Below are positions 9,070 to 17,438 of a stretch of 46,774 nt of DNA, one piece after another. The stretch is from Opitutales bacterium (GTDB lineage: Bacteria; Verrucomicrobiota; Verrucomicrobiia; Opitutales; Coraliomargaritaceae), in assembly GCA_049598495.1 (NCBI GenBank), contig JBMYNR010000011.1:1-46774 (forward strand), read 5' to 3'. The notes beneath the pieces are model-generated. The model did not search any database. It was not told the origin of the DNA and saw only the letters and a list, made by a program, of their open reading frames with translations. The position numbers were made by a program, and so were the translations under genes. Position 1 is the first letter of the stretch; each line of letters opens with the position of its first letter.

Positions 9070-9762
9070 TCAGCAAGTCGGAGCCTCCCTCAAATGGTTG
9101 GCATCCTTAACAAGAAAACCCCTTCCACGATAAGTTTTGATCACATCCTTCCCTAATTTTCTACGAATGTGGAAGACATGCACATGAAGTGTATTTGATG
9201 CACTATCATCATACCCCCCCCTCGATATCGCGTCGAGCAATTGCACTGAAGACACAATTTTATCCGCCTGGGTCGCCAGGTGGAGTAGGATTGAATACTC
9301 TGCGCGCGTCATAGGCACCTCGACCTTCTCAGAAGAAAACACCTTACCTGAGTTCGTATTGATGGTAAAACCATCCATCTCCAACAGTGGATCCGGAGTC
9401 TGGAGTGATCGACGAATCGAAGACCGTACACGCGCCAGCAACTCATCCATCTCGAAGGGCTTCGTCAGATAATCATCCGCCCCCAAATCCAGGCCCCGAA
9501 CACGCTCCGCTACCCGATTCTGCGCCGTTAGCAATAGGATCGGTGTGGAAATCTTTTTACGAACGGCCGCAAGTATCTGCAGGCCATCTACCCTAGGCAG
9601 TGCGATGTCCAGTAGAATGAGATTGTAAGGCCAATTCTGTATTCGGTATAAAGCCTCTTCTCCATCCCCGATATCATCCACGACATACCTCCCCTTTTGC
9701 TTGAGTGCGCGAACGAGTTGCATTCTCAAGACCTCATTATCCTCGACGACTAATACCTTCAT
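9070..9762 (-). CDS. OmpR/QseB-PmrA-like DNA-binding response regulator
   Basis: MKVLVVED, LLDIALP (phospho-Asp), LLLTA, GADDYLTKPF, and winged helix SNTLHVHVFHIRRKLGKDVIKTYRGRGF. Confidence 0.95.
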   Translation of the reverse strand: MKVLVVEDNEVLRMQLVRALKQKGRYVVDDIGDGEEALYRIQNWPYNLILLDIALPRVDGLQILAAVRKKISTPILLLTAQNRVAERVRGLDLGADDYLTKPFEMDELLARVRSSIRRSLQTPDPLLEMDGFTINTNSGKVFSSEKVEVPMTRAEYSILLHLATQADKIVSSVQLLDAISRGGYDDSASNTLHVHVFHIRRKLGKDVIKTYRGRGFLVKDANHLREAPTC

Positions 9763-9771
9763 TATGTGGAT

Positions 9772-9802
9772 ATTATCATATTTTAATTAAATAAACATTA
9801 AG
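9772..9802 (-). promoter_or_regulatory. Putative autoregulatory OmpR-family (PmrA/QseB-type) box plus -10 element
   Basis: Minus strand CTTAAT-GTTTA-TTTAAT (9802-9786), an 8-nt gap, then GATAAT (9777-9772), about 10 nt before the ATG at 9762. Confidence 0.55.
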
Positions 9803-10123
9803 AGGGCGCCCTGTTTTGATTTATTCCTGAAATTACATTTTTTTAACATACACTCCATTCAAGCCACACAGTCTGCCCGGTTACGCGAGGGACAGACGTG
9901 CCCTCTCAAAGAAGGAAGATCATCTGGATGTAGGAAAAATGTATCCCACCTGCTTGAGCCGAAGAGCACGAAGGCACGCTAACTGCCCCCCTCTGCGTTC
10001 TCCCCGATCGATAAAACCGTTGATAATTGATTGACCGACAAGACCACTAGTTCGTTATGTTCGTGTTTATACATTGTCTGCTGCTAACGAATCATCGGTA
10101 GGCGATAACCACACTTTCTCACG

Positions 10124-11443
10124 ATGCATATTCAATCTCTCCTTGCCCTTAGTGCCATCTGTGTAAGCTCCAGCTTATACAGTGGAATCACCGCAGGTCC
10201 GATGCTTACCCATCTTGAAATGCGTGAAGCGAAAATCTGGTTACAAGCCAAGGAACCCTCACTTGTGCGGATCGCCTACTCCGTCGTCGGTCGCGAGGCG
10301 AGCACGGCTTGGAGCACAACTGTCGAAACCGACTCGAACAAAGGGCACACCGCCGTTGTGACTCTGGATCAAATAGAACCCGGACTGCAATATAGCTATC
10401 AGGTGGAAACCAACGGCGTGCTGGCTACTGAGAGCGCTAGTTTTACCGCCCCGGAAAACTACCATGACAAAGCCCCGCCCCCTGACTTCTCAATTGCTGT
10501 GGGTGGTGCGCACTATGCCATGGAAGAGGGTTTTGAACCACCCTACCAAGTGATTGGCGGCGGCTACGGAATCTTCAACACGATTGCGCAATCAGATGCG
10601 AAACTGATGATCTGGGCCGGCAATACGGCGCATCTCCGGGTCAGTGATTGGAATACCCAAAGCGGATTCCTCAAACGCTACTCAAATGCGCGCTCGATGC
10701 CTGAGTTAGCCCCTCTCCTTGCATCGATTCCACACTACGCTGTATGGGGTCGCCATGATTTCGGCGCACCGAAGAGTGGACGGCTTAGCGCCACCCGCAC
10801 AATAGCGGAGACCAGCTTCGAAGCCTACTGGCCTCGCCCAATCGAGGTAGCTCATCTTGAAGGCGTGGCGACTCAGTTTCGCTATGCAGATGCCGACTTT
10901 TTCCTACTCGATACCCAGAGCTATCGCTACGATATGCCTGACTCTCAATCGCGCGTTGAAATTCTAGGCAAACCGCAAGTCGCGTGGCTGCGCCAAGCGC
11001 TGATGCAAAGCAATGCGACCTTCAAGATCATCGTGGCTGGCGCGCCCATCTTGAATCCGGCCAATTCAAGGGAGAATCTCAGTTTTGCCGAGAGTGAGCA
11101 CACCGAGTTTCTACAGATGCTACGCACTGAGAGAATTTCCGGGCTCATCTTCCTGAGTGGCGGCAAGCCATATGGAGAGCTTACCAGACTTGTTCATGCG
11201 AACAGCTACAATCTCTACGACCTGACTCTCGGGCCTATGACGGCAAGCCCATCGAACGAGCAGGAGGAACTGAACTTTTTCAGAATGCCTGGAAGCAGCA
11301 CATTCGAGCGCCACTTCGCCTTGATTGACTTCAGAGGCCCCGAGGAGAACCGCCTGTTAAGGATACGTGTCATGAGTGTGGAAGGGCAGGAACTCTGGAG
11401 CCGAACGATCCCAGCAAAAGATTTGCAGCCTTCGAAACGCTAA
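10124..11443 (+). CDS. Secreted alkaline phosphatase D (PhoD)-like protein with degenerate metal-binding motifs
   Basis: Signal peptide, N-terminal GPM..FN3-like domain, FFLLDTQSYR, LGKPQVAWLRQAL..S.ATFKII scaffold typical of PhoD; ligand positions substituted (see findings). Confidence 0.85.
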   Translation: MHIQSLLALSAICVSSSLYSGITAGPMLTHLEMREAKIWLQAKEPSLVRIAYSVVGREASTAWSTTVETDSNKGHTAVVTLDQIEPGLQYSYQVETNGVLATESASFTAPENYHDKAPPPDFSIAVGGAHYAMEEGFEPPYQVIGGGYGIFNTIAQSDAKLMIWAGNTAHLRVSDWNTQSGFLKRYSNARSMPELAPLLASIPHYAVWGRHDFGAPKSGRLSATRTIAETSFEAYWPRPIEVAHLEGVATQFRYADADFFLLDTQSYRYDMPDSQSRVEILGKPQVAWLRQALMQSNATFKIIVAGAPILNPANSRENLSFAESEHTEFLQMLRTERISGLIFLSGGKPYGELTRLVHANSYNLYDLTLGPMTASPSNEQEELNFFRMPGSSTFERHFALIDFRGPEENRLLRIRVMSVEGQELWSRTIPAKDLQPSKR

Positions 11444-11483
11444 ACCAGACTGGTCATCCAACAACATCGACACACAAATTCCA

Positions 11484-12266
11484 ATGTTCCGACTCAATAA
11501 GGCATCCATTGTGACACGTCTCTGCGCAATCTTCACCATCTTGTTCCTAAGCACAGCTATCCCCATAATAGCCAGTGATGTTATGATGCGCTTCTGGGCG
11601 GAGGAGAACTACCTGCGCCCGATCGGTAGCGATGGCAAACCAATCCCTGAGACATACGCTTTCTACGTTGGGGAATACTATCCAGGTGCTTTTGAGTCCG
11701 AAGCAGAAGCAATACCTTTCGATACCGTAGCGCGTATTCTAGCTAAGGAGCTTGAAAATCAAAACTATGTCATGTCTCCAAATGCTACCGAGGCAGATTA
11801 CATCTTGATCATTCAATGGGGACAGACCACGCCCGAGAGCGAAACGGAAGAACTCGATTTCTCAGTGGGCGATGAAGAGAACGAATGGACGCTCGAAACG
11901 GTCCCAAAAGATGTGAAACGCCGAAATGCACAACTCTTAGGTGCCACCAAAGAGTATAACAGTTGGGGCTCGTCGATCTCCCTCAAACAACAACTTGTCG
12001 AAGAAGCGCTCATCCAAGACCGCTACTTCATCAATCTCTTTGCCGTCTCAATGGACCATCTAAGAAGCCGAAAGGAAAGCGGCGAGAAAATCCGTATAAG
12101 CTGGGAGTGCCAACTGAGTGTCCCGGTCAACGACGACGAGAGCACATCTGCCATGCGCAGAATGGCCGCAGCTGGCAGGACTTACTTCGGGCAGAATATG
12201 CGCAGGCTCACATTCGTGGAGGAAGACCTCCAGGAAGGCGTTGTCACAATCGAGGACATTCGCTAG
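11484..12266 (+). CDS. Hypothetical exported protein (resembles an Opitutae-type family)
   Basis: ATG at 11484 followed by a signal-like hydrophobic stretch; motifs TYAF..GEY, LIIQWGQT, RRNAQLLG, DRYFINL, AG.TYFG. Family resemblance is from recall only. Confidence 0.7.
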   Translation: MFRLNKASIVTRLCAIFTILFLSTAIPIIASDVMMRFWAEENYLRPIGSDGKPIPETYAFYVGEYYPGAFESEAEAIPFDTVARILAKELENQNYVMSPNATEADYILIIQWGQTTPESETEELDFSVGDEENEWTLETVPKDVKRRNAQLLGATKEYNSWGSSISLKQQLVEEALIQDRYFINLFAVSMDHLRSRKESGEKIRISWECQLSVPVNDDESTSAMRRMAAAGRTYFGQNMRRLTFVEEDLQEGVVTIEDIR

Positions 12267-12346
12267 CTAGATTTTGATGAGAAAACGGATACCACGAAGG
12301 CAACACTCGAGTCCGACTCCAAGTAAAGGATGTCATCCATCCATTC

Positions 12347-12377
12347 TTCCAGGGGCATGATTTATGCTCTCTGGGAA
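12347..12377. terminator. Possible stem-loop between the hypothetical gene and ppc
   Basis: ttccaggggcat...atgctctctgggaa imperfect inverted repeat; no clear U-tract. Confidence 0.25.
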
Positions 12378-12471
12378 TACCTCTCTTTCTTGACTGTCCT
12401 CGAAGATCCAATGCAGATTCCGCCCTTCAAGCATACTCGGGGCACCCCGTTTTTCACATCAACAAGTAGAC

Positions 12472-15144
12472 ATGACACAGTCATCCCAAAAAGATTTCCT
12501 CAAGATCGTTGAATCCGGTCTTGCCCAGGTTGAAGAGGAGCACGCCTTCCTAGTCGAAGCCTTCGTGCAGGTGCTGCAAGATGTGGGCGAGGATGCAACT
12601 GCCAGTGCACTGACCGCAGAGATTTCCGGAAAGAATGAAGACCAGCCCTTGAGCGACCAAACTGTTCAGGCGATCTCCTTCACATTCCAACTTCTCAATC
12701 TTGCCGAGGAACATGTGGCCAACAGTGCACGGCGAACTCGCGAATCGATCCAGGGAACCTCTGCTGAACCCGGCCACTGGGGACACTACCTGAAAGGTCT
12801 GAAGGATATAGGCTTTTCGACAAAGGAGGTCCGTGAAAAAATCGCCACGCTGAAGGTCGAGCCGGTCTTCACCAAGCATCCAACCGAAGCAAAGCGGTGG
12901 TCGGTCCTACAGCTCCACCGTGAAATTGTACGTATCCTACGTCACCGCGAGACCGCTCGCACCGAACGCGAATCGGCTCGCTGCGCATCCCTTGCCCGTG
13001 GCGTCATCGAGCGGCTTTGGTTGACCGGCGAAATCAACTTTCAAAAGCCGAGGGTCGAAGACGAACTCGACAATCTTCTCTACTATCTAAGTGAGGTCTT
13101 TCCTTCGACACTCCATCGACTCGACGAAAACCTTCTCAACGCTTGGCAGGAGATCTGGCCCAAAGAGGCTCCACTCAGCGCCAAACAGATGCCCCACCTG
13201 GAATTCGGCTCATGGGTAGGCGGCGACCGAGACGGCCATCCCCTTGTGACTGCAGACGTAACTGCATATACGCTCACCAAGATGCGAAAGACCGCACTGC
13301 GCATTCTAGGTGATCGTCTAAACAAACTCGCCGGACTTCTCTCACTCACCCAAACACATAGCGATTGCCCCAATGAACTGCGCGTCGCACTCGAAGCATG
13401 GGGTGTTATTGAGAACGGGCAAGAGCCTTGGCGTGACTATGCCAAGGCGCTCGCTGAAAGGCTCGACTCGATCAATCGGGCCGAGCTCTACGAAGCCATT
13501 GAAAACCTAGCGGTCTGGCTTGAGTCTGCGAAAGCAGTCCGAACAGCCAAGCATCATGTTCGCCCACTTCTGCGTATTCTCGATACGATTGGCCTGCACC
13601 TTGCACGTACCGATATCCGGCAAAACAGCACCTTTTACGAAAAGGCGCTCAGCCAGATGATGGCCGCAGCCGGAATTCCAAATGCCGAAAACTTCTCCGA
13701 ATGGTCCGAGGACGAGAAGCTCCGCTTTCTCAATCAGGAATTGGCCACTCCTCGACCACTGACTCATGCCTCTATGAATCTTCCCAGAGAGGCCAGCGAG
13801 GCGCGTGATACACTCGGAGTTGTTGCCGCACACATCGAGCGTTTTGGCGCAGATGGCATTGGCACGCTTATTGTCAGCATGACGCGCAATCTCTGCGACC
13901 TACTCACCGTCTATGTCCTCGCAAAGGAAGTCGGTCTGACCCATGAGGACGGGAATGGACTCCGTTGCATACTTCCAGTCGTGCCTCTCCTTGAAACCTA
14001 CGAAGACCTTGAGGGCGGCCCCGCCATCGTCGATGCATTCCTTTCGCATCCATGCACCCGGCGCAGTCTGGATATAGGTGTATCCGGGGCCGAGCCGAGA
14101 ATGATGGTCATGCTGGGTTACAGCGACAGCAATAAGGACACCGGAATTCTAGCCAGCCAATGGGTGCTCTTCAACGCGCAGCAAAACCTTGTATCCGTTT
14201 GCCTGAGACATGGCGTGAAAGCCACCTTCTTCCACGGTCGTGGCGGAACGATTGGCCGCGGGGCAGGACCGACTCACAGGTTTCTCGAAGCACTACCACA
14301 GCAATCACTCGACGGCGGGCTCCGGGTGACGGAGCAAGGTGAAGTCATCGCCCAGAAATACAACACCCCCGCCACCGCAACCGCCAATCTCGAGTGGCTG
14401 ATCGCCGGAAGCTTGGGAGCGCAGATGTTGGCGAGCAAACACCCGATGAGCAATGAAATCAGTGATGCCATGAACTTGATCGTGGCTCACTCGAGGACGG
14501 CCTATCGCGCACTGCTGGATGCACCCGGGTTCATGACCTTTTACCGTCAGGCAACACCGATCGATGCCATCGAACAAAGCCGTATCGGCTCTCGCCCATC
14601 TCGCCGTACCGGGCAAGCCTCACTCGAAGATTTACGTGCAATCCCTTGGGTCTTCAGCTGGAATCAGTCACGATTTTATGTGCCCGGGTGGTATGGAGTC
14701 GGGAGCGCACTCGACGCGCTCGAAGCCACCGGCGCCGAGCCCTACAATTCATTCCAACAGAGTATTCAATCCACAGCTTTTCTTCGATACGTATTTTACA
14801 ATATTGAAAGCAGTCTTTCCAGTTCCGACGAAGACTGGATGCGCACCTACGCCCAACTGGTAAAGGAGGATGACATCCGAGAGCGTCTACTCACGCAGAT
14901 ACTCGATGAACGCGCACGCACCGTGAGGCATCTCAATAAGCTCTTTAAGCGCCCGCTACCGGAACGTCGGCCACGATTCTATCAAACGATAAAGAAGCGG
15001 GAATCCTTACTGAAGCAGCTCCACCGGCGCCAGATCGCACTTCTAGAAAAACAGCGAGCCTTTAAAGAAATCGACTCTGAGACGACCGAACAGCTTCTCC
15101 GGGTGGTCAACGCCATTGCCAGCGGCCTACGGACAACAGGATAA
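12472..15144 (+). CDS. ppc: Phosphoenolpyruvate carboxylase
   Basis: VFTKHPTE, GSWVGGDRDGHP, MLGYSDSNKD, FHGRGGTIGRG, LRAIPWVFSWNQSR, C-terminal IASGLRTTG. Confidence 0.97.
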   Translation: MTQSSQKDFLKIVESGLAQVEEEHAFLVEAFVQVLQDVGEDATASALTAEISGKNEDQPLSDQTVQAISFTFQLLNLAEEHVANSARRTRESIQGTSAEPGHWGHYLKGLKDIGFSTKEVREKIATLKVEPVFTKHPTEAKRWSVLQLHREIVRILRHRETARTERESARCASLARGVIERLWLTGEINFQKPRVEDELDNLLYYLSEVFPSTLHRLDENLLNAWQEIWPKEAPLSAKQMPHLEFGSWVGGDRDGHPLVTADVTAYTLTKMRKTALRILGDRLNKLAGLLSLTQTHSDCPNELRVALEAWGVIENGQEPWRDYAKALAERLDSINRAELYEAIENLAVWLESAKAVRTAKHHVRPLLRILDTIGLHLARTDIRQNSTFYEKALSQMMAAAGIPNAENFSEWSEDEKLRFLNQELATPRPLTHASMNLPREASEARDTLGVVAAHIERFGADGIGTLIVSMTRNLCDLLTVYVLAKEVGLTHEDGNGLRCILPVVPLLETYEDLEGGPAIVDAFLSHPCTRRSLDIGVSGAEPRMMVMLGYSDSNKDTGILASQWVLFNAQQNLVSVCLRHGVKATFFHGRGGTIGRGAGPTHRFLEALPQQSLDGGLRVTEQGEVIAQKYNTPATATANLEWLIAGSLGAQMLASKHPMSNEISDAMNLIVAHSRTAYRALLDAPGFMTFYRQATPIDAIEQSRIGSRPSRRTGQASLEDLRAIPWVFSWNQSRFYVPGWYGVGSALDALEATGAEPYNSFQQSIQSTAFLRYVFYNIESSLSSSDEDWMRTYAQLVKEDDIRERLLTQILDERARTVRHLNKLFKRPLPERRPRFYQTIKKRESLLKQLHRRQIALLEKQRAFKEIDSETTEQLLRVVNAIASGLRTTG

Positions 15145-15277
15145 ACAAATTCGAGGAGCGAGAACCCGGATGCCTGATCAGACGGCTCCTGCTCCCCGAT
15201 CATCAAATCAGACATCCTGATTTCCGATGTTGCCACCAGAGCTTTCCGCATCAAAGCATCGCACCTGAATGGGGTTC

Positions 15278-15440
15278 CGAACAGACGGAAGTGCTTGGCC
15301 GTCGACCTTGCTGGCACAAGCTCGCTACGTTGTGCCGGATGTAGCGATTGAAAGCTTTGTAGAATCGAATCAGACGGCCCAAAGAGCGAACTCCAACAAG
15401 GCCCCACGCATCCTAAGCGCTGGAGTGCCCCCTTTAGAGC
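15278..15440 (-). repeat. Inverted dispersed copy of the composite REP element
   Basis: Reverse complement aligns with 347-510 (ORF track gives ALKGALQRLGCVGPCWSS vs ALKGALQRLGCVELCWSS); lies between convergent ppc and gatB. Confidence 0.88.
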
Positions 15441-15463
15441 CGATTCGAGAGCCAGCCTAGCGA

Positions 15464-15493
15464 TCTGGATTGAGACATGCCTCACAATCCAGA
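15464..15493. terminator. Stem-loop just downstream of gatB
   Basis: tctggattg...caatccaga arms with inner tgag/ctca, about 10 nt after the gatB stop. Confidence 0.4.
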
Positions 15494-15502
15494 CCACCTG
15501 AT

Positions 15503-16969
15503 CTAACCTTCATCAATCAACTTCTTAAGAAGTTCATCGAGCATGGCCGGGTTTGCTTTACCCCTGGTCGCCTTCATGACGGGGCCCTTTAGTGCGTTAA
15601 TCGCCTTAGCGTTGCCGTCTTTATACTGATTCACGGCCTTCTCGTTATTGGCAATGGCATCACGGCAGAGTGCTTCAATTTCATCGGAATCGTTACTCTG
15701 CTTAAGTCCCTTCTTCTCGACAATCACGTCCGGCATCTCACCAGTGGCGAACATCTCGGCAAAAACCTCTTTCGCAATCTGCTTGGAGATAATACCCTCA
15801 TCAATGATCCTAGCGAGCATGCCAACATGTGCTGGTGTGAGTTGACACTCCCCAACACGAAGATCCTGTTCGCCATGCCCAGAGGCATCGGCCAGGTCTC
15901 GAAGTAAGTCGTTGGCCACATAATTCGCGATGAGCTTGGGCGAGTTGTGCGTCTCAAGAGCCGCTTCAAAGAACTCACTAAGCTCACGATTTGGGCAAAT
16001 CACGCTTGTCACCGTATACGGCAAATTGAACTCGGCTTGGAAACGCCGTTGTTTATCAAAGGGTCGCTCAGGTAGTGCGCTCTTAAGCTCATGGACCCGA
16101 TCGCGATCCATTTGCACGGGCATAAGGTCGGGATCCGGGAAATAGCGATAGTCGTGGGCTTCCTCCTTACTGCGGAGGGAAAAGCTCATCCCTTGATCTA
16201 CATCCCAGCGGCGAGTCTCCTGAACAACCACCCCACCCTGATCAAGGATATCAGCCTGACGCTCGATCTCGTATTCAATGGCTGCCCTAACATTGGAGAT
16301 AGAATTTAAATTTTTCATCTCCGTGCGGGTTCCGAGTCGATCACTCCCCCTTGGTTTAAGTGAAACATTAGCGTCGCAGCGCAATTGCCCCTTCTCCATG
16401 TCGCAGTCCGAAACACCCGCGTAGACAATAAGGTTTCGCAGGGCATTCAAAAAAGCGACTGCCTCTGCAGAGCTGTTCATATCGGGCTCCGTAACGATTT
16501 CGGCCAATGGCACACCGGCACGATTAAAATCAATGAGAGTATCAAACGCTTCGTGGGTCAGCTTTCCCGGATCTTCCTCCAGGTGAATGCGGTTCAGTTC
16601 AACCCATCGATGCTCGCCCGCTGCGTTGCGAGCCGCATCAGCAAGCTCGATCTCGACCTTCCCCCCAAAACAGAGTGGCTGTTCGTTTTGTGTCAGTTGA
16701 TAGTTCTTCGGAGAGTCCGGATAAAAGTAGTTCTTCCGGTCCCATTTGCATTCATCCGCGATCTCACACCCAAGCATGAGTCCGAGCTGCACGCACTTCT
16801 CAATCGCCTCGTAATTGAGGACCGGCAGCGTCCCCGGCAAACCAATTACTACGGGGTCAATTAAAGTGTTTGGCTCGGCTCCGTATTCGTAGGGTGCCGA
16901 GGTAAACATCTTTGTGCGTGTCTTAATCTGCACGTGAATCTCAAGTCCAATAACGACGTCGTATTCCAT
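15503..16969 (-). CDS. gatB: Asp-tRNA(Asn)/Glu-tRNA(Gln) amidotransferase subunit B
   Basis: VIGLEIHVQ, DRKNYFYPD, RIHLEEDPGK, EIVTEPD, DYRYFPDPDL. Confidence 0.98.
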   Translation of the reverse strand: MEYDVVIGLEIHVQIKTRTKMFTSAPYEYGAEPNTLIDPVVIGLPGTLPVLNYEAIEKCVQLGLMLGCEIADECKWDRKNYFYPDSPKNYQLTQNEQPLCFGGKVEIELADAARNAAGEHRWVELNRIHLEEDPGKLTHEAFDTLIDFNRAGVPLAEIVTEPDMNSSAEAVAFLNALRNLIVYAGVSDCDMEKGQLRCDANVSLKPRGSDRLGTRTEMKNLNSISNVRAAIEYEIERQADILDQGGVVVQETRRWDVDQGMSFSLRSKEEAHDYRYFPDPDLMPVQMDRDRVHELKSALPERPFDKQRRFQAEFNLPYTVTSVICPNRELSEFFEAALETHNSPKLIANYVANDLLRDLADASGHGEQDLRVGECQLTPAHVGMLARIIDEGIISKQIAKEVFAEMFATGEMPDVIVEKKGLKQSNDSDEIEALCRDAIANNEKAVNQYKDGNAKAINALKGPVMKATRGKANPAMLDELLKKLIDEG

Positions 16970-16990
16970 CTTTGAAAGTGTTTTAGATGT

Positions 16991-17430
16991 CTCACGCGAA
17001 GAACGCAGAGACGCAAAGTTATTCAGGTAGGTTGTTTACTATGCGAGCGATACCCTCCTTCATAAGAGGCGCTCCAAAATTAAGGAGAAAGCCAAGTTTC
17101 TTATCTGTGAGTTTCAGATGCGAAAGTAGCTGCTTGTTATGTGAACGATGAAGTTGTTCGATAGATTTGAGTTCGACGATGACTTTGTCCTGAACGACCA
17201 GATCTGCACGAAAACCCTCATCAAAATACTCACCTTCAAAGTGAATCGGAACCGGCACTTGTCGTAGAACTTTTAGGCCGCGCTTTTCAAGCTGATGGGC
17301 TAAGATCACTTCATAGACATGCTCAAGAAGACCCGGGCCGAGTGCCTGATGGATTTTCACAGCTGCATCTATAATCTCAGCACCTATTTCGTTCTCATCC
17401 ATCTTTGCGTCTTTGCGTTCTCTGCGTGAG
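16991..17430 (-). mobile_element. Putative GxxExxY cassette (IR-ORF-IR, 440 bp) between gatA and gatB
   Basis: 28-bp inverted repeats at 16991-17018 and 17403-17430 (25/28 identical) directly abut the stop and the start codon of the GxxExxY ORF. Confidence 0.7.
17019..17402 (-). CDS. GxxExxY protein (PD-(D/E)XK nuclease-like superfamily)
   Basis: IH..LGPGLLEHVY, FRADLVV..KVIVELKS, QLLSHLKLT..KLGFLLNFG; 127 aa. Confidence 0.95.
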   Translation of the reverse strand: MDENEIGAEIIDAAVKIHQALGPGLLEHVYEVILAHQLEKRGLKVLRQVPVPIHFEGEYFDEGFRADLVVQDKVIVELKSIEQLHRSHNKQLLSHLKLTDKKLGFLLNFGAPLMKEGIARIVNNLPE

Positions 17431-17438
17431 GCGATAAA

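Noticed and set aside
14982..15497. 171-aa ORF on minus strand
   Set aside because: Antisense to the ppc 3' end and otherwise made of the composite repeat.
16991..17430. Cassette as a classical IS or an integron cassette
   Set aside because: No DDE, HUH or recombinase motifs in the ORF, no clear target duplication, no attC-type RYYYAAC/GTTRRRY pair downstream and no integrase in the window.
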